The notes under the pieces are model-generated. The model worked only from the letters and a program-made list of their open reading frames with translations, did not search any database and was not told the DNA's origin. The position numbers and the translations under genes are program-made. A DNA stretch of 57,803 nucleotides from Candidatus Daviesbacteria bacterium (GTDB taxonomy: Bacteria > Patescibacteriota > Microgenomatia > Daviesbacterales > UBA10151): the NCBI GenBank assembly GCA_016176415.1, contig JACOXH010000017.1:1-57803 (forward strand), given 5' to 3'. Positions 27,608-35,840 of the stretch are shown one piece after another. Positions within the stretch are counted from its first letter, which is position 1. Each line of letters begins with the position of its first letter.

Positions 27608-28939
27608 CTATACTTCTTCCTTCCAATAGTGTTTCTTTATTCCAAACTTGGCCAAGATAGATTGTAATTCCAGCATGGCTGTATAGGTAGGCAAGATGAA
27701 AAGCTGCCCCTTTAGGCCTGCTCTGGCCTGTTTGAGGGCAGATTTAAGGTCTGGTTGGATGTCATCAGAATTAACAGAAAAGCCTGCGTATTTTAGTCTT
27801 ACAGCCAGATCATGAGCTCTGGAGCCTGAGACAATTATTGTATTATCCCCCGACTTTGCCCGGGACTGATTTTGAATGACTTCAAAATCCGCATCCCAGA
27901 TCCATGAAACATCAGTACCATCTGCCAAATTATCATTTAAAGCCAAAAGCAGTCTGTCATCAGGTTTTATATTTGGGGCAATGGTTTCAAAAACCTGTGT
28001 TGCTCCTGCAGGATTTTTAATCAGGAAAATATATCCTACCTCGGAGGTAGGATTACGATGAGACGTAGGGTTTAAGTTTATTTTTTCGACTCTACCAAAA
28101 GCAGGAGAAAAAGTCTTCAGAGTGTCAGCAATCCGGTGGGTCGGCAGATTCAGCAAAGAAGCACAGGTGATAGCTGCCAGAGCATCATAAACGTGGTAAA
28201 GGCCGGGTAAGGGTAAGGTTGTATGTAGTATTTTGTATGTAGTATGTAGGTCAAAAGCAGAACCTTTCAGGCCGTTCAATCTTATGTTTGTAGCTTCAAA
28301 ATCTAATTTTCCTTGATTGTGCGCAGTTGACTCTCCTTTAATTTTATAATCCTTAACACCAAATTTTTGTACTTTTCCTTTAAAACATTGGGCTAATTTT
28401 AAAGTATTTTGATCATCACCATTGACTAATACTTTTGTTCCTGCAGGCAGATTTTTCAGTGTCCCGCACCATTTTTTAACTACTGTATCAATTTCACCAT
28501 AACGGTCAAGTTGATCCCTGAACACATTTAAAAAAACAATCACATCAGGGTTTAGTTTGGGAGCAACGCTGTTAAAAGCAGCCTCATCCAGCTCCCATAT
28601 TCCTAAATCAAACTTTGTGCGGTAACCCCCGAGGTTGAGGCTCGAATGCTGGATTAAAGTTGAGGCGATGCCGCGTTCTAAATTAGAGCCTGTGTGATTT
28701 CTGATAACTTTAAGCCCTGCCTCTTTGGCAAGGTGAGCCAGCATTCTGGAAGTAGTGGTTTTGCCATTAGTGCCTGTGATGATTACATTCTTTTTTACCT
28801 GTTTACTTAAATCAGAAACTAAAGCAGGGTTTATTTTTAAAGCATATAGTCCCGGTGCAGCAGAACCTCCCCCAATTTTGAAGAATTTTGAAATTAAGGC
28901 TATGGTTTTTCCAAATAAAATTGCAGTTAAAAGTCTCAT
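27608..28939 (-). CDS. murT: Mur-ligase-family protein MurT (lipid II isoglutaminyl synthase subunit), with an in-frame hairpin insert
   Basis: GTNGKTTT P-loop, Mur ligase middle domain, C-terminal DUF1727-like ...NDNLADGTDVSWIWDADFE... Confidence 0.85.
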   Translation of the reverse strand: MRLLTAILFGKTIALISKFFKIGGGSAAPGLYALKINPALVSDLSKQVKKNVIITGTNGKTTTSRMLAHLAKEAGLKVIRNHTGSNLERGIASTLIQHSSLNLGGYRTKFDLGIWELDEAAFNSVAPKLNPDVIVFLNVFRDQLDRYGEIDTVVKKWCGTLKNLPAGTKVLVNGDDQNTLKLAQCFKGKVQKFGVKDYKIKGESTAHNQGKLDFEATNIRLNGLKGSAFDLHTTYKILHTTLPLPGLYHVYDALAAITCASLLNLPTHRIADTLKTFSPAFGRVEKINLNPTSHRNPTSEVGYIFLIKNPAGATQVFETIAPNIKPDDRLLLALNDNLADGTDVSWIWDADFEVIQNQSRAKSGDNTIIVSGSRAHDLAVRLKYAGFSVNSDDIQPDLKSALKQARAGLKGQLFILPTYTAMLELQSILAKFGIKKHYWKEEV

Positions 28940-28973
28940 GGGTGAATTATATCAGCTAAAGGTATCAAAGATT

Positions 28974-29570
28974 TTATCTTAAGGCCAGTTGGCCTGAAAC
29001 AGCAGCTATGCTGGGAGTTTGACCCACTTGAGTTCTTTGAGTATTTTCGTATGTATTGCTGAATTTTTCCATATCACTCATAAAATAAGTTACTCCTTTA
29101 GCCCAGTGAGGGGAAGCAGCATATACCCTGTTTATAGAATAAGGTTCTGTTAAACCTTTATTTAAGTAGCCTTCACGCAGGCCTTTGGCAATGGTAAAAA
29201 TTCCGTCTTTCCACGAATCAAAATAAATAGCCTGGGTACCATAAACACCCCATCCCCACGCATTGTATCCGCCTGGAATATGTTTACCAAAGGTAGATTC
29301 TACTCCTGCAATAGAAGGCAGCATTTTCCAGTCCAGCCCGTATTGATCTGCAGCATCAATGAAATCCTGGGCGTGATATTGCAAAGGGGAATTATATTTA
29401 GCCAGATATTTAGCCAAAATTTTGGCGCGTTTATCAAGCTGTCTTGTTTCAATTTGATGAGAGACAGTGTTGCCGGTTTTTATAACCTCTGCTTTTTGGG
29501 CCAATACAGAAGTATTGGAAAAAAGAAAAGGAAGAATAAGTAAGAAAGAAATAAAAAGTTTGATTTTCAT
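28974..29570 (-). CDS. secreted peptidoglycan-hydrolase-like protein (transglycosylase/glucosaminidase-like)
   Basis: Signal peptide MKIKLFISFLLILPFLFS and the motif LPSIAGVESTFG. Paralogue of 29826-30416. ATG at 29570 preferred over the TTG at 29594. Confidence 0.6.
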   Translation of the reverse strand: MKIKLFISFLLILPFLFSNTSVLAQKAEVIKTGNTVSHQIETRQLDKRAKILAKYLAKYNSPLQYHAQDFIDAADQYGLDWKMLPSIAGVESTFGKHIPGGYNAWGWGVYGTQAIYFDSWKDGIFTIAKGLREGYLNKGLTEPYSINRVYAASPHWAKGVTYFMSDMEKFSNTYENTQRTQVGQTPSIAAVSGQLALR

Positions 29571-29603
29571 ATATTTTCGGTTTTCCCTTGTCAAAAACTG
29601 TCA

Positions 29604-29670
29604 TTTAAGAACTTGCTCACAAGTTCGCAAGACCTTGCGATCTTGCAATTATAATTGCAAGGTCTTAGAC
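29604..29670. repeat. 'empty' copy of the palindromic element that forms the tRNA-Leu(UAA) intervening sequence
   Basis: TTTAAGAACTTGCTCACAAGTTCGCAAGACCTTGCGATCTTGCAATTATAATTGCAAGGTCTTAGAC. It matches the flanks of the 26593-26745 insert almost base for base but lacks the inner tRNA, and is in opposite orientation. Confidence 0.75.
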
Positions 29671-29704
29671 ACTTTTTGCAAGCGATCTCCTTTGTTCAGT
29701 CCGA

Positions 29705-29737
29705 TTAAAAGAAAATCCTGACTCGTAGGTCAGGATT
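29705..29737 (-). terminator. Rho-independent terminator of the 29826-30416 gene
   Basis: Minus strand: AATCCTGAC-ctacga-GTCAGGATT followed by TTTCTTTT. Confidence 0.5.
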
Positions 29738-29825
29738 GAAGCCGATAGTATAGCAGATACGGAACAGGATGTCAAACTATCCACCTCCGGGGAGTAACTA
29801 TGTCACACCTCGGAGGTGTGATTTC

Positions 29826-30416
29826 TTACCTTAGTTCTTTCATGAAAGCGGAAACACCTTTGGCCCATGCTCCTCCTTTAGATAAAGAAGGAGGTGTGTA
29901 TTTGGCCATAATTTGAGTGGGGTTTTTAAGCCCTTTGTTTAAATAATCTTCCCGTAAAGCCCTGCCTACCCTTTCTATAGCATCTTCCCATGCAGGAAAT
30001 TTAACCACCAGATCGCCGTAAATACCGTAACCAAAGGGGTTGTATGAATTTTTGATAACTCTTTTGCCTCCGTTTGATTCCTGCATGGAAATGGCAGGAA
30101 GCAGTCTCCAGTCCAGATTATATTTGTCTGCAACAGAGATAAAAACCTTGCTGTGTGCAGACAAGGGGGCATTGTAGCTTTTGAAGAAATTTTCCACAAT
30201 TTTAGCCCTGCCGTCACTGTGTTCTATGTCTGAAGTTATTTCTGTTTCTGTTTTTGGCAAAGCTGCATAAAGTTTAAAATCCTGTACCACAGGGGTTACT
30301 TTTTTGGCAGTTGATAAATAAAAGCTGAAAGTTACAGAAAATATGAGTGCGGTTAGCGCTGTCCCAAACCAGGCAGCAACAAACCACAAGGTGACTTGGG
30401 GTTTAACAGTGTCCAT
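29826..30416 (-). CDS. membrane-anchored peptidoglycan-hydrolase-like protein, paralogue of 28974-29570
   Basis: N-terminal TM helix, then ...LDWRLLPAISMQESNGG...YNPFGYGIYG..., colinear with its paralogue. Confidence 0.6.
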   Translation of the reverse strand: MDTVKPQVTLWFVAAWFGTALTALIFSVTFSFYLSTAKKVTPVVQDFKLYAALPKTETEITSDIEHSDGRAKIVENFFKSYNAPLSAHSKVFISVADKYNLDWRLLPAISMQESNGGKRVIKNSYNPFGYGIYGDLVVKFPAWEDAIERVGRALREDYLNKGLKNPTQIMAKYTPPSLSKGGAWAKGVSAFMKELR

Positions 30417-30485
30417 CTGCTTTTTAAAATTTTTACCTATTGATATTAAGCAAAAAATTGAAGGGTTGTCAAGCGTTTTTTGAAC

Positions 30486-31493
30486 CTAATTGAGCTCTAA
30501 AATAGTCTTTGCCAAAATGGCGGGATCGTGACGGAATAAATGTTCTCTCATATGATAAACAGCTAAAGGTTTTTCTATGATTTTGATATTAGGAGCAATT
30601 TTCCTGCAATCTGTTTCGTCAACTTTCACAGGTTGTTGTTTGTCTTTTTTGTAAACCTTTAATATTTCATTATCCAACCCATTCGAGTTGGCAATTATTA
30701 TGTCAATTGTATTTTTGGTCCCTAAATAATACATAAAGTTTTTTAAATAATCAGAAGCTTTAAAGTTGTCTGTTTCCCCTACCTTGGTCATTAAGCTTAA
30801 GATTAAAACTACTTTTGCTTTGGATTGTTCTATAGCTTCTTTTACTCCTGCTACCAATAAATGCGGCAGAACGCTGGTATACAAATCCCCCGCAGAAAAG
30901 ACAATCAGTTCCGCTTCTGAAACAGCCTGGATTACATTTGGGTTAGGATCAGCATTGGTCTCAAAATAGATTCTGGTTATTTTTTTCTTATCATAATCAT
31001 CTTTTGATCCCCTTAAATCTATGTTAGTTTCTCCTTCAACTTCCTGTCCTCCTTCAAGTCTGGCCATCAGGTTGAGTTCAGAAATGCTGACAGGTAAAAC
31101 TTTAGCCCTGATCCTGAAAAGCAGTCTCTCTGCTTCCACACTTCTGTCTGCACCTTTATAAATATGTTCAAGTCTGGCAGCAATTAAATTCCCTAAAGAG
31201 TGACCTTTCAGGGGCCCGTCTACATCTCCTAATCTATCATCAAACAGCTTTTGGGCAACCTGTCTTTGTTTAGGGTCTTCCATTAAAGCCAGTAAGCATT
31301 GCCTGATATCTCCGGGAGGCAAAACTCCCAGTTCAGTTCGAAGTCTTCCAGAAGATCCTCCTGAGTCCCAGGTTCCTACCACGGCGCTGATCAGTTCAGG
31401 TTGATTAAGTTCCACCAAACCACGGAGTAAAGAAAAGTGGCCGGTGCCTCCGCCAAAGGTAACTATTTTTTTCTGATACGGGTATTTTTTCAC
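30486..31493 (-). CDS. YvcK/CofD-like (UPF0052, gluconeogenesis-factor family) protein
   Basis: N-terminal KIVTFGGGTGHFSLLRGL and GTWDSGGSSGRLR motifs. Confidence 0.8.
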   Translation of the reverse strand: MKKYPYQKKIVTFGGGTGHFSLLRGLVELNQPELISAVVGTWDSGGSSGRLRTELGVLPPGDIRQCLLALMEDPKQRQVAQKLFDDRLGDVDGPLKGHSLGNLIAARLEHIYKGADRSVEAERLLFRIRAKVLPVSISELNLMARLEGGQEVEGETNIDLRGSKDDYDKKKITRIYFETNADPNPNVIQAVSEAELIVFSAGDLYTSVLPHLLVAGVKEAIEQSKAKVVLILSLMTKVGETDNFKASDYLKNFMYYLGTKNTIDIIIANSNGLDNEILKVYKKDKQQPVKVDETDCRKIAPNIKIIEKPLAVYHMREHLFRHDPAILAKTILELN

Positions 31494-31592
31494 TTCGATA
31501 AACTCAGTGTTATAACCATGAGCTTGTCGAATGGCTATAGCACTCCCGATATTATATCAGAAAGCAATTTGGTAGAATATGAAGGGCAAAAT

Positions 31593-31677
31593 GCCGAAGT
31601 GGTGGAACAGCAGACACGCAGCCCTCAGAAGGCTGTCCTCAGCAATGGGGGTGGAGGTGCAACTCCTCTCTTCGGCA
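31593..31677 (+). tRNA. tRNA-Leu(CAG)
   Basis: Acceptor GCCGAAG/CTTCGGC, anticodon stem CAGCC/GGCTG, loop CTCAGAA, long variable arm, T arm GGAGG-TGCAACT-CCTCT (G55). Confidence 0.88.
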
Positions 31678-31687
31678 CAGCAAACTA

Positions 31688-31716
31688 TTGACAAAAATAG
31701 ACATTTGTATTTAAAT
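31688..31716 (+). promoter_or_regulatory. putative promoter (TTGACA-17-TTAAAT) abutting the start codon of the next gene
   Basis: TTGACA at 31688-31693, 17-nt spacer, TTAAAT at 31711-31716. ATGs at 31720 and 31726 suggest a leaderless or near-leaderless mRNA. Confidence 0.35.
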
Positions 31717-31719
31717 CAC

Positions 31720-32337
31720 ATGTTAATGAACAGATTATCAGTGGAATTTAGCGCAGAAAGAGATTTAAGTCCTGTTGAGCTTGAAGGTTTAAGAGAAATT
31801 GAAGAAGCAAATGCCCGGATGGTGGGTTATATAGAATGTGAAGCAGTACCGGAAATTTTCACAAATGGTCACGAACCTTTAGGAAGATTAGATTTTGCTC
31901 AAGGCGTTACCTCCGAGTTTATGAGAAAACCTGGTTTTAGGAGATGGAAACTGACTGAAAAACCTCATAAGCATGAGAGCCTGAATCATAATCCAAAGGA
32001 GCGTGCTTTGGTAGAGAAAAGAAGATCTCACAGATTGTATGTTAAACGAATAAACGGTAACAGTGAACCTAAAAGACTACCAAATGTTCCTACATGGAGA
32101 TTTAAAATTCCTAATTTTGATTTGGAAAGTTATAATTTCTTTGAGGATTCAACTCAAGAGCCTACTCTTGACTGGAGAAATCCTGAAAAATGTCTTAGCA
32201 AACTTGAGTCGGAAGGAGAATTGGAAGCTGTGGTAGATTTTACTCCGGATTTAGCTGCAAGAGCAGGAAGAGAGATTGCTTATTTTTCTCAAATTACGCC
32301 GGCTCCTTATCTTCCGCCGCGCCCTCAAAGTATTTAA
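31720..32337 (+). CDS. hypothetical protein
   Basis: The track ORF starts at 31579 but overlaps tRNA-Leu(CAG). The first in-frame ATG after the tRNA and promoter is 31720. Confidence 0.5.
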   Translation: MLMNRLSVEFSAERDLSPVELEGLREIEEANARMVGYIECEAVPEIFTNGHEPLGRLDFAQGVTSEFMRKPGFRRWKLTEKPHKHESLNHNPKERALVEKRRSHRLYVKRINGNSEPKRLPNVPTWRFKIPNFDLESYNFFEDSTQEPTLDWRNPEKCLSKLESEGELEAVVDFTPDLAARAGREIAYFSQITPAPYLPPRPQSI

Positions 32338-32386
32338 TTTACCCTCTTGATTTACTGTTAGTAATTTTGTAGATTACACCTTTCTG

Positions 32387-33688
32387 ATGGATACTGCCGC
32401 CATATCCCAATTTAGGGAATCTGTTTATCAAAACCTTCTTGATTTAATCACCGATACGGGGATCCGCGCTTCAGGCAAAGATGAAATCTATGGGTGTATT
32501 TTTGGAAGAGACAGCGCTTTGACCATACTTAAAATTCTCAAAGTCTATAAAAAGTCTCCTTCTTTAGAGCTGCTTCAAATTTGCAGAAAGGCTTTACTGA
32601 CCCTTTGTGCCTTGCAGGGAAAAGAAACAAATATTGAAAGCGGTGAGCAGCCCGGTAAGTTTATCCATGAATACAGAACAGAAAAACATGAGCATCTGAC
32701 AGGCCTTTCTCGAAAACCATGGTACATTTACCCTGACGGGATTATGAGAAACTATGATTCACTGGACTCTACCCCGCTTGCCCTGATGGCCATTTATAAA
32801 TATTGGGAAGTAACTCAGGACCGTGAATTTTTAATATTAGCTTTGCCTAATGTGGAACAGGGTTTGAATTGGATTATGACCTATGGGGATGCTAACAAAG
32901 ACAGCCTGGTTGATTATCAATTGCATGCAGACAGAAAACATGGAGGGCTGGCAGTGCAATCATGGACAGATTCTCATGAATCATTAAAGGGTGTTAATGG
33001 TTTATTTCCCAAATACCCCATTGCCCCTGTTGAAGTGCAGGGTAAAGCCTGGCTGGCTTTAAAGCTTTGGTCCAAATTTTATGCAGACCGTTCCCCTCAA
33101 TTTGCCAAAAAACTATCTGATCAGGCTAACAGAATGAAATATGTTTTTAATAAATTGTTTATTTTCAAAGAAGATTCTCTATATGAAGACGGAGATTATT
33201 ATTTTGGCGGGCAGGCAATTGACGGAGAAGGCAGACTGATTAAAACAATTACAGCAAACCCTTTAATTTGTTTGTGGGCAGCAGAGAAATCAAAAGATCA
33301 GACAGAATGTATTATTAAGGAAGAATTTTTGGAAGGATTAGTTGCCAGAGCATTTAAGCCTGATTTGTTTGATGAAGGGGCAGGAATCAGAACCATGAGC
33401 GCTTTATCTCCTACTTTTAATCCCAACAAAGATTCATACCACAATGGCAGTTTTTGGCCTATGTTAAACGGTTTAATCACAGAAGGGTTGGAAAACTTTG
33501 GATTTTTGCATGAAGCTGAAAGACTCAAACAGGCTTCTTTAAAACCTTTATTCCACTTTAAAACTCCTGTAGAGTTATATATTAAAGACCACACTGGTAA
33601 TTTTACTGAATATCTTTCTGCCACAGGTCAAACAGGCTGCAGGGTTCAGGCCTGGTCAGCTGCCTCTGTTTTGGATTGGTTAACTTAA
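32387..33688 (+). CDS. amylo-alpha-1,6-glucosidase (glycogen-debranching GDE_C-like, six-hairpin glycosidase)
   Basis: Motifs ...GCIFGRDSA..., ...DSTPL..., ...SWTDS..., ...YHNGSFWP..., ...QAWSAA... are typical of the (alpha/alpha)6 GDE family. Confidence 0.75.
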   Translation: MDTAAISQFRESVYQNLLDLITDTGIRASGKDEIYGCIFGRDSALTILKILKVYKKSPSLELLQICRKALLTLCALQGKETNIESGEQPGKFIHEYRTEKHEHLTGLSRKPWYIYPDGIMRNYDSLDSTPLALMAIYKYWEVTQDREFLILALPNVEQGLNWIMTYGDANKDSLVDYQLHADRKHGGLAVQSWTDSHESLKGVNGLFPKYPIAPVEVQGKAWLALKLWSKFYADRSPQFAKKLSDQANRMKYVFNKLFIFKEDSLYEDGDYYFGGQAIDGEGRLIKTITANPLICLWAAEKSKDQTECIIKEEFLEGLVARAFKPDLFDEGAGIRTMSALSPTFNPNKDSYHNGSFWPMLNGLITEGLENFGFLHEAERLKQASLKPLFHFKTPVELYIKDHTGNFTEYLSATGQTGCRVQAWSAASVLDWLT

Positions 33689-33691
33689 GTT

Positions 33692-33771
33692 CACCTTCCA
33701 GGAGTCCAAGCCCTCCTGGGAGTCATTTAGACTCCCGTTCCTAACGGAACCCTGGGAGGTGTCTGCTTTTT
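33692..33771 (+). terminator. multi-hairpin structure ending in a T-run downstream of the GDE-like gene
   Basis: Outer helix CACCTTCCAGG/CCTGGGAGGTG encloses hairpins GGGAGTC..GACTCCC and CCGTT..AACGG, followed by CTGCTTTTT. Confidence 0.4.
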
Positions 33772-33773
33772 AC

Positions 33774-33864
33774 AGCTCGCAAGAATTACCTAATTCTTTA
33801 GAGCGAAGCTCGCAAGAATTACCTAATTCTTTAGAGCGAAGCTCGCAAGAATTACCTAATTCTT
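33774..33864. repeat. 33-bp tandem repeat x2.76; each unit carries the palindrome AAGAATTACCTAATTCTT
   Basis: Unit AGCTCGCAAGAATTACCTAATTCTTTAGAGCGA repeated exactly at 33774, 33807 and 33840. Lies 49 nt upstream of the GT4 start. Confidence 0.9.
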
Positions 33865-33912
33865 ACTTAAAATTACCATTTCCTCTTATTTCAAAATGCT
33901 ACCATTCGGGTT

Positions 33913-35076
33913 ATGAAAATCCTTCAGGTTGCGCCGGCGTGGGTGAACACTCCACCTAATGATTACGGAGGCACTGAATGGGTAATCGCCAATCTGGTTA
34001 AGGGTCTATCAGAGTTGGGACACGATGTTACTCTCTTTGCCACAGGAAATTCCGGCGCTGACGCTAAAATTGAATATGTTTTTAAAAGACCGCTTCTTGA
34101 ACAGGGCATTGGGTGGGATGCTGCCCTGCCTGCCATGATCCACTATCATCAGGCTTTTCAGTATGCCAAAGATTTTGAGTTTGTTCATGCTCATCTGGCT
34201 TCTGCCACTGATCTAATATTGCTGCCTTTTTTGGCTGATTTAACCGAACAGGGTATTCCTAATTTGCTGACAATACACTCCAGGTGGCCGTTTGACAGAA
34301 GTTCCAATATGGATGAGGTTTTCTTAAACCTGTATGGCAGCAGTATTCTGGCAGTTAATATTTCCGGAGCTATGCATGCTACTCTGCCCAAACAGTTCAG
34401 AGACGGCGGTTTTGTCCACAATAGTCTGGATATTACCAAAATGGAATTTAATCCCAGAGGGGGTAAATATTTTACCTGGCTGGGCCGGATTATTCCGGAG
34501 AAAGGTATTGCAGAAGCGATCAGGATTGCCAAAATGGCCGGAGAACAGTTAATCTTTGCCGGTATAATCGAGCAGCATAATGTACAATCAGTCAGGTACT
34601 GGATACAGCAAGTCAAGCCTTTGATAGACGGTAGCCAAATACAGTATTTAGGACCGGCAGATTTGAAGCTGAAAAATAAACTGCTTGGTGGAGCCAAAGC
34701 CTTTTTAAATCCTTTACAGTGGGAGGAGCCTTTTGGAATGGTGCTGGTAGAGTCTATGGCTTGTGGTACTCCGCTTATTTCTTATAACAGGGGCGCTATC
34801 TCTGAAGTGGTAAAACACGGGGAAAGCGGGTTGCTGGTAAGGAGCAGGAATGAGATGTTCAGATCTTTAGATAAAGTGGGAAAGATCAGCAGGTACAGAT
34901 GCCGGACACATGTTGAAGAGCAATTTTCTCCAAAATCAGCAGCATTAAAGTATGCAAATATCTACCGGAAAGAAGTAAATTTCCACAAAAATATAAATTA
35001 CTCCGAAGCTTTGGAAGCTCCTGTTGCCTTTCCTTCTTCCTTTGCTGCCAAGATTGATCTGACCTCCTTAAACTGA
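33913..35076 (+). CDS. GT-B fold (family 4-like) glycosyltransferase
   Basis: MKILQVAPAW...GGTEWVI... N-terminus and the C-terminal E-x7-E region (...EEPFGMVLVESMACGTPLI...). Confidence 0.85.
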   Translation: MKILQVAPAWVNTPPNDYGGTEWVIANLVKGLSELGHDVTLFATGNSGADAKIEYVFKRPLLEQGIGWDAALPAMIHYHQAFQYAKDFEFVHAHLASATDLILLPFLADLTEQGIPNLLTIHSRWPFDRSSNMDEVFLNLYGSSILAVNISGAMHATLPKQFRDGGFVHNSLDITKMEFNPRGGKYFTWLGRIIPEKGIAEAIRIAKMAGEQLIFAGIIEQHNVQSVRYWIQQVKPLIDGSQIQYLGPADLKLKNKLLGGAKAFLNPLQWEEPFGMVLVESMACGTPLISYNRGAISEVVKHGESGLLVRSRNEMFRSLDKVGKISRYRCRTHVEEQFSPKSAALKYANIYRKEVNFHKNINYSEALEAPVAFPSSFAAKIDLTSLN

Positions 35077-35099
35077 TAAAATACCCAATATCAACACTT

Positions 35100-35184
35100 G
35101 CCGGGGTGGTGGAATAGTAGACACGCAGTCTTGAGGTGGCTGTGCCCTAAAGGCGTGGAGGTGCAATTCCTCTTCCCGGCACCA
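35100..35184 (+). tRNA. tRNA-Leu(GAG), CCA encoded
   Basis: Acceptor GCCGGGG/TCCCGGC, loop TTGAGGT, long variable arm, T arm GGAGG-TGCAATT-CCTCT (G55). Confidence 0.88.
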
Positions 35185-35185
35185 A

Positions 35186-35261
35186 GGGCAGTTAGCTCAG
35201 TTGGTAGAGCGCTACATTTACACTGTAGATGTCGGGGGTTCAAATCCCTCACTGCCCACCA
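35186..35261 (+). tRNA. tRNA-Val(UAC), CCA encoded
   Basis: GGGCAGT/ACTGCCC acceptor, anticodon stem CTACA/TGTAG, loop TTTACAC, canonical D and T loops. Confidence 0.92.
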
Positions 35262-35755
35262 GCCCTTATTAATGTTGTCCAGTCTGAAACATGTAAGGTA
35301 AACTCCAAAGCTATTTTATAAATAAATAATCCTGCCAGAAATACCCTTAACCAAACTTTCCCTAAATCAGGCTCTTTTTTAAGGAAGTGTAAATAGCCTG
35401 CATAAAATAAGAAAAACATCTCAAATAAATTCGGAAATAAAAAAAGAATTTTTTCAAGCCCTGTTAGTACAAATAAAATTACCCCCAGCATCCTGTAAAT
35501 AAATAACCCTAAGCCTATTTTTTTGGCCTGCATGCTGGTCCACTGGTAAATAATATACAGCTCAAAAGATAAATAATAAGTGTCCAGAAGTTTATCTAAA
35601 ATTTGATAGCCTCCAAAACCTTGTGGGTAAAAGTAATTTAAAATCTCAAAATCTAAAAAATCAGCAGCTAAAGAAGCTACCCCACCCCAAAAAGGCCATC
35701 TTAAAATGGTCAGAGGAATCAGTAATCTGACCAGCAGTACAATTAAAAGCCCCAT
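35249..35755 (-). CDS. hypothetical multi-pass membrane protein
   Basis: 168-aa, highly hydrophobic ORF. Its 3' end overlaps the tRNA-Val 3' end by ~13 nt. Confidence 0.5.
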   Translation of the reverse strand: MGLLIVLLVRLLIPLTILRWPFWGGVASLAADFLDFEILNYFYPQGFGGYQILDKLLDTYYLSFELYIIYQWTSMQAKKIGLGLFIYRMLGVILFVLTGLEKILFLFPNLFEMFFLFYAGYLHFLKKEPDLGKVWLRVFLAGLFIYKIALEFTLHVSDWTTLIRAGGQ

Positions 35756-35840
35756 CTTTTAATGTTAAGCAAACTGTTTAGATTTGCCTTTAAAAACGGG
35801 TAAGAAAGAGGTAATGTGTGGTATACTGGAACCTAAATTT

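Noticed and set aside
31437-31719. ORF 31437-31691 and the first 47 codons of ORF 31579-32337
   Set aside because: They overlap tRNA-Leu(CAG) and a promoter-like sequence. The real CDS most likely starts at 31720 or 31726.
33759-33959. 66-aa ORF with repeated SSQELPNSLER; also considered as a CRISPR array
   Set aside because: The peptide is simply the translated 33-bp tandem repeat. The repeats are contiguous with no spacers, so it is not a CRISPR.
35098-35301. 67-aa ORF
   Set aside because: It is a translation across tRNA-Leu(GAG) and tRNA-Val(UAC).
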